Origin: Escherichia coli
GTDB taxonomy: Bacteria; Pseudomonadota; Gammaproteobacteria; Enterobacterales; Enterobacteriaceae
DNA: 64,000 nucleotides
Direction: 5' to 3' (one strand)
Assembly: GCA_025336685.1 (NCBI GenBank)
Contig: GCA_025336685.1_4717.1
Shown here: positions 59,879 to 64,000 of the stretch, piece by piece
Layout: every line of letters starts with the position of its first letter
How positions within the stretch are numbered: the stretch's first letter is position 1
Made by a program: the position numbers and the translations under genes
The notes under the pieces: model-generated
What the model was told of the DNA's origin: nothing
The model's input: only the letters and a program-made list of their open reading frames with translations
Database searches by the model: none

Positions 59879-61881
59879 AACGTGAATACATCCTCCGGTT
59901 TAGGTTCTTTGCGCGGTAAAAGCATGTAGTCGATCGGATGATCCGGCTTCATGGTTGGGATATAACTGTTCGGGTTTTGGAACGCATCCAGCTGCTCTTG
60001 GTGAGCGAACTTCATACTCAAGGAGCGCATGTTCATGTTCTTCTTGAAGGTACTGAAGTATCGTGTTGTTCCCTGTTTCGGCATGCGATAATCTTTCGTG
60101 TGTGGTGAACGAATCATGCTAGCGTAGAGAATAACATCGAGATGCGAAAGGTTCATTCGCAGACGCTGGGCACACAGGCGATGCCAATAGTACAGCACGT
60201 TTGCAACTTCTTCCGGTGTAGCTTCGTCTTCCGAGAGGAATCCGGCACTGAAAGAACCTTTCCCGAATTTGAACTCACGTTCGATTTCTTTTGCGTACTC
60301 CATCATGTTTTTGTGGATTAACGGCATCTGGAATAACGTACGTGAATTGTCCCAGTGTTTCAAGTCGAAAATCACAATCCCGTCAGACGTCACTTCCCAG
60401 CTATGGCGTTTAAGATAACGGATAAACGCTTTACTCGGTACAACAGGACGTCCGCAGAAATCGAAATTGACTTTGAGCTTACGATAGCTTTCATCTTTCC
60501 TGTCGTAAATCTCCATATCGCAAAGCGTCATGTTAAACAGACGCTGTGGTATCAGCGAACTGATTTCTTCCGCTTCAGCTACATCGTACAACATGTTCGC
60601 AAGACCTAACTTCATCTTAATCAACACGTGTTTACCTTTCAGCTCACGTGCGAGTTTGATGTCGTTCATGTTCTGGCTGTAGCGAAGGATATGTTGATAT
60701 TCCGGTGGGATTGGTGCTGTGGATACCGTTGACGAACCATCGTGGTGTTTGGTAGAAAGAATGTTCTGCGTTACCTGTTGCGAGCAGGTACGTGCTGCAC
60801 CATCACCGACATTATCAGTCAATGCGAAGTTATGGCTCAATTCACCATAACACGTCGTGCATACCCCAGCAGGATCGGGATGATGACAATAGTTAACGGA
60901 GCGCATGCGTACCGTCGTGCCGATCAATTCTTTCATGTGTGGTTGTATCGCTACCAACGAACCGTCATCACGAATAATGAATCGACCGTGGAAGCCGCGT
61001 AGGTCGGTCTCATCACGGATTGGCATCGGGATGGCCTCTCTACTACCACAATCACCAGGATGTAGTCGTTGCACAACCGCTGTCGCTATCTGAAGTTCGC
61101 GACCGAAATATTCGGACTTTTTAATCTGCTCTTTGTTGAACAGCAGCGATTTCGCCGCAGAACGACTTTCTTTCAAGCTGTCAGGAAGAGAGATCAAACC
61201 GGCTGCATACGACCGCATTACCGGATCGCGGAATATCTCGGAGTTAATATCGGTCAAGAATCCACGCATCCCAATACACTGTAGCACCTGCCCAATCGAA
61301 ACGTGTTCGGTTCTTACCGCACGTGCGATAGGGTTTGCATGTAACGTTTTATCGGTGCTCAGTACCTTTGTCAATTTCTTGTATGCGCTTTCGATACCTT
61401 CGCGGGTGGGTTCCGCTTCAGCGATGATTTTCTTAACTTCAGGGTGTACAGTAATCTGATAAAAATCGTCCGCACAAATAGTTGTTACGTATTCCTCCAA
61501 CGCATACGTAAAGAAGTTATACACATTGTTAAACATATCGAACAATGCTTTCCAGAGAACCTCACGATTCTCTTGTGGGTAAGCATACATGCATTGACGA
61601 TACGCTGCGCTTTGCAACGCAACCGACGAACCAGCAGTAAACTTGCGTTTATCCACCAGGTTCTCTTTTGTCAATGGTGTCTCAGGATACATGCGATGCA
61701 CAGACCAGTGCATGTAACTAAAGAAAATGCGTCGTGCGCGCAATTCATGAACGCCATCGTCCATCTCGATATATACACGGTCGTTAGGCTGTGCCCACTC
61801 GAATACCTCATCAACCGGCCAGTGCATAAGCTCGCGTGCCCTCACACGACGTTTCGTGGTGGTCGTCTGTGTTGTAGTCAT
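59875..61881 (-). CDS. large hypothetical protein (668 aa), replication/recombination-associated by context
   Basis: 4-nt overlap with the helicase gene; basic Thr-rich N-terminus; no polymerase or primase motif recognised. Confidence 0.45.
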   Translation of the reverse strand: MTTTQTTTTKRRVRARELMHWPVDEVFEWAQPNDRVYIEMDDGVHELRARRIFFSYMHWSVHRMYPETPLTKENLVDKRKFTAGSSVALQSAAYRQCMYAYPQENREVLWKALFDMFNNVYNFFTYALEEYVTTICADDFYQITVHPEVKKIIAEAEPTREGIESAYKKLTKVLSTDKTLHANPIARAVRTEHVSIGQVLQCIGMRGFLTDINSEIFRDPVMRSYAAGLISLPDSLKESRSAAKSLLFNKEQIKKSEYFGRELQIATAVVQRLHPGDCGSREAIPMPIRDETDLRGFHGRFIIRDDGSLVAIQPHMKELIGTTVRMRSVNYCHHPDPAGVCTTCYGELSHNFALTDNVGDGAARTCSQQVTQNILSTKHHDGSSTVSTAPIPPEYQHILRYSQNMNDIKLARELKGKHVLIKMKLGLANMLYDVAEAEEISSLIPQRLFNMTLCDMEIYDRKDESYRKLKVNFDFCGRPVVPSKAFIRYLKRHSWEVTSDGIVIFDLKHWDNSRTLFQMPLIHKNMMEYAKEIEREFKFGKGSFSAGFLSEDEATPEEVANVLYYWHRLCAQRLRMNLSHLDVILYASMIRSPHTKDYRMPKQGTTRYFSTFKKNMNMRSLSMKFAHQEQLDAFQNPNSYIPTMKPDHPIDYMLLPRKEPKPEDVFTL

Positions 61882-62026
61882 TATTGCTTTCCGATTTAAA
61901 TGGTTTTATCATACGGTTTACCAAATCCGTTGGACTTTACTATCGTTGTGATAGCATCGGGAATCCCTTCCCTTAGGTTATGTAGGTGTTAATATATCTC
62001 CACTGCTGTCGTAAAGGTCAGCAGCA

Positions 62027-62512
62027 TTATCCAGCTTCCTGTTGTAAAGCGTATGGATCCATAGCGTCTGACATATTCGCAAAAACGGTGAGAATAAACC
62101 CCTTTATCTGTCTCACCTCGGTTACACGAAGCCCTTTATCATTACGGTATACGTTTTCTTCACCGACCAACTTCGGCCTGACAGCATAAACCCCATCAAC
62201 AAACGGGAATGTCGGATACGGATAAACGCCGATACGAATGATGTTTGGGTAATCACCTCGAAGGTCACGCCCAAATGTATCTACTCTACCGTAAACCGTT
62301 CCATCCACACCCTCCACTTCAATGAGATCATTTCGAATATCCTGAAATAGCTGCTCTAACGTGTCGGCGGGGTACGTATATGCGACACCTAACGCTGGAT
62401 CCTCAATGGTTTTGACACTGAATCCGTTAAGCCAAACAATCTGTTCATCCGCCCATGTTTCTTCATATACCGTTAATCCATCGCCGTATATGTTGGCGTG
62501 TGCTATCTCCAT
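62027..62512 (-). CDS. hypothetical protein (161 aa)
   Basis: ORF with GAGGAAA SD. Confidence 0.45.
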   Translation of the reverse strand: MEIAHANIYGDGLTVYEETWADEQIVWLNGFSVKTIEDPALGVAYTYPADTLEQLFQDIRNDLIEVEGVDGTVYGRVDTFGRDLRGDYPNIIRIGVYPYPTFPFVDGVYAVRPKLVGEENVYRNDKGLRVTEVRQIKGFILTVFANMSDAMDPYALQQEAG

Positions 62513-62626
62513 AATCTCATTTCCTCTTATACGTTAGGATAGATGACATGTTGGATATACGTTGCCTTTGCATATATTGCTTTATTTCCGTCAGAAATAA
62601 CGGAAAATAAAAACAACGACATAGTT

Positions 62627-62656
62627 CCCTCCCACCTCCACACGGGAGAGGGAGGG
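62627..62656 (-). terminator. intrinsic terminator hairpin
   Basis: CCCTCCC/GGGAGGG stem with nested CTCC/GGAG pairing, followed on the minus strand by a U-rich run. Confidence 0.55.
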
Positions 62657-62669
62657 TTAGTCATGTTTA

Positions 62670-63035
62670 TTACTCTATGCTGTCTTCTTCAGCACAATCC
62701 TCTTCGGAACCGTCGAACGTTTTCTGCACCGCGGTGGTATCCCAGTTGGCGGCGTAATCAGCCATCGCTTCGCGCAACGCTTCTTCACCAGCATCACCGG
62801 CCAGGTCAAGCACAACCAAACCTTGCGCGACGTTTTGAGCGACTGTATCAATAACGGTTGCATCTTCTTCAAAACTACGTACCGGTTCAATGGTGCCTAC
62901 ATCAACAGCATAGTTCGTGGTCGCTGTAAGCACGGCGACTTGTAGCGCATCGCTATTATCATCATCATGCAATGCTGCTTCAATACCGATTGGACGGGCC
63001 AGTTCTTGCAGTGTTAATTTGCGAATTAAGTTCAT
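62670..63035 (-). CDS. strongly acidic small protein (121 aa), DNA-mimic candidate
   Basis: About 27 Asp/Glu versus 6 Lys/Arg (HDDDNSD, FEED, SEEDCAEEDSIE). Confidence 0.45.
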   Translation of the reverse strand: MNLIRKLTLQELARPIGIEAALHDDDNSDALQVAVLTATTNYAVDVGTIEPVRSFEEDATVIDTVAQNVAQGLVVLDLAGDAGEEALREAMADYAANWDTTAVQKTFDGSEEDCAEEDSIE

Positions 63036-63068
63036 TATGTTTTTCCTCAGGTGAATGTTAGCGATCGT

Positions 63069-63416
63069 TTAAAACTTTAAAACTTTTTCGATACGATGGT
63101 TGACAAGTTCATTGAACGATTCTTCAACTTGTTCAATAATTTCATCAACGTCGATATCTAATTGTTGGGGTTGGATAACATGCTCTTTCATGGTTTCTAG
63201 CCAGTATTCGGCTTTAACCATAACGTTAGCTACTTGTTCAACCTGACTACGTATGTCGACGATCTGACAGTCAGGATTTTTAATGTCGATGATGTGTCCA
63301 TGATGATTGATAAAACCTAGCTTATTCGTTGCTTTTACTGCATCGCGGGCAAGTTCTTGCAGGATTAAATTATTTACGTAGTTCACTGCTATGGAACGAT
63401 TTTCTTTATCACTCAT
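63069..63416 (-). CDS. hypothetical acidic protein (115 aa)
   Basis: ORF with AGAGGA SD; shares an LQELAR motif with the previous gene. Confidence 0.4.
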   Translation of the reverse strand: MSDKENRSIAVNYVNNLILQELARDAVKATNKLGFINHHGHIIDIKNPDCQIVDIRSQVEQVANVMVKAEYWLETMKEHVIQPQQLDIDVDEIIEQVEESFNELVNHRIEKVLKF

Positions 63417-63496
63417 ACCAGGGATCCTCTTTTTAAGTCTTCACATTCTAGTGTTAAGCAGTTAAAATAAACCGTCCCTTTAATCAGCATAAACAT

Positions 63497-63525
63497 CCTC
63501 CTCCCACCACATGGGTAGGAGGAGG
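63497..63525 (-). terminator. intrinsic terminator hairpin
   Basis: CCTCCTCC/GGAGGAGG 8-bp stem, 13-nt loop, followed on the minus strand by AUGUUUAUGCUG. Confidence 0.6.
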
Positions 63526-63536
63526 CGTAATATACA

Positions 63537-63947
63537 TCAGAAAGGAGGACGATCTTTAAATTCTAGCAACGTGTCTTCGAAGCAAGCGATGAGTTCAGAC
63601 TGCAATTCTGTTCGGCCTTGTTCACCGAAAAGTTCCAGCAACATTAACCCCCGAGCGGTCTTCGTAGCAACCTCTTCGCAGATACAGAGATTGTGGACTT
63701 CATCATCGTCAACATCTTTACGTAACTGTGCCGCAATGGGCTTAAGATTGCCGTTTTCATCGTATTCGTCACGAAATGCATCATAAGCCGCATCGATGTT
63801 CGCTATCCGTGTCAATCCTTCAGAATCCCGCCAGTCTCGATATAATCCAAGCAGACGGTTATGATTCTTCGTTTTGATGTTCGGTGCCGGAAGGTTGCGT
63901 AACAGATGTGGTGTAATCCTTGCTATAACGCTATCCGAATGGTCCAT
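63537..63947 (-). CDS. hypothetical protein (136 aa)
   Basis: ORF, acidic C-terminal half. Confidence 0.4.
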   Translation of the reverse strand: MDHSDSVIARITPHLLRNLPAPNIKTKNHNRLLGLYRDWRDSEGLTRIANIDAAYDAFRDEYDENGNLKPIAAQLRKDVDDDEVHNLCICEEVATKTARGLMLLELFGEQGRTELQSELIACFEDTLLEFKDRPPF

Positions 63948-64000
63948 CGTTTACCTCGCTAGCTTTCGCAGTCATCTGCGTCGATGATTTGTCCACCGGC

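Noticed and set aside
59875-61881. 668-aa protein as a phage RNA polymerase subunit
   Set aside because: I could not find the invariant metal-binding NADFDGD-type motif, any beta-subunit signature, or single-subunit RNAP motifs.
63511-63786. Plus-strand ORF 63511..63786 (91 aa) and other plus-strand ORFs inside the leftward operons
   Set aside because: Antisense to better-supported minus-strand genes; this one starts inside a terminator loop and has no SD.

Overview
This window is a 64-kb segment of a virulent tailed-phage genome, probably of a Gram-negative (enterobacterial-type) host: genes are densely packed, use GGAGG-type Shine-Dalgarno sites, and GC is roughly 45-50%. Almost everything is transcribed leftward (minus strand); the exceptions are a short convergent block at the left edge and one plus-strand island at 53.3-56.9 kb. 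From 1.2 to 19.5 kb lies a receptor-binding/tail-fibre module: five paralogous copies of an N-terminal anchor domain (three fused to different distal domains, two free-standing directly upstream of giant fibre genes), a 1318-aa repetitive long fibre with its assembly chaperone, and a lipoprotein. At 20-21.5 kb there is a lysis-like cassette (SleB-type hydrolase plus small membrane proteins). The rest is early/middle genes: a tandem array of six Myb/SANT-like proteins, GNAT, SAM methyltransferase, NAD-dependent DNA ligase, an AT-richer block of small ORFs, a thymidylate synthase split by a group I intron carrying an I-TevI-like GIY-YIG endonuclease, a DEDDh exonuclease, HD and metallophosphoesterase genes, an SNF2 helicase, a DExH helicase and acidic small proteins. 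Intergenic regions carry a family of CCUCC/GGAGG-stem terminator hairpins. I found no rRNA, tRNA or CRISPR. All functional calls rest on motifs read by eye, not on database searches.
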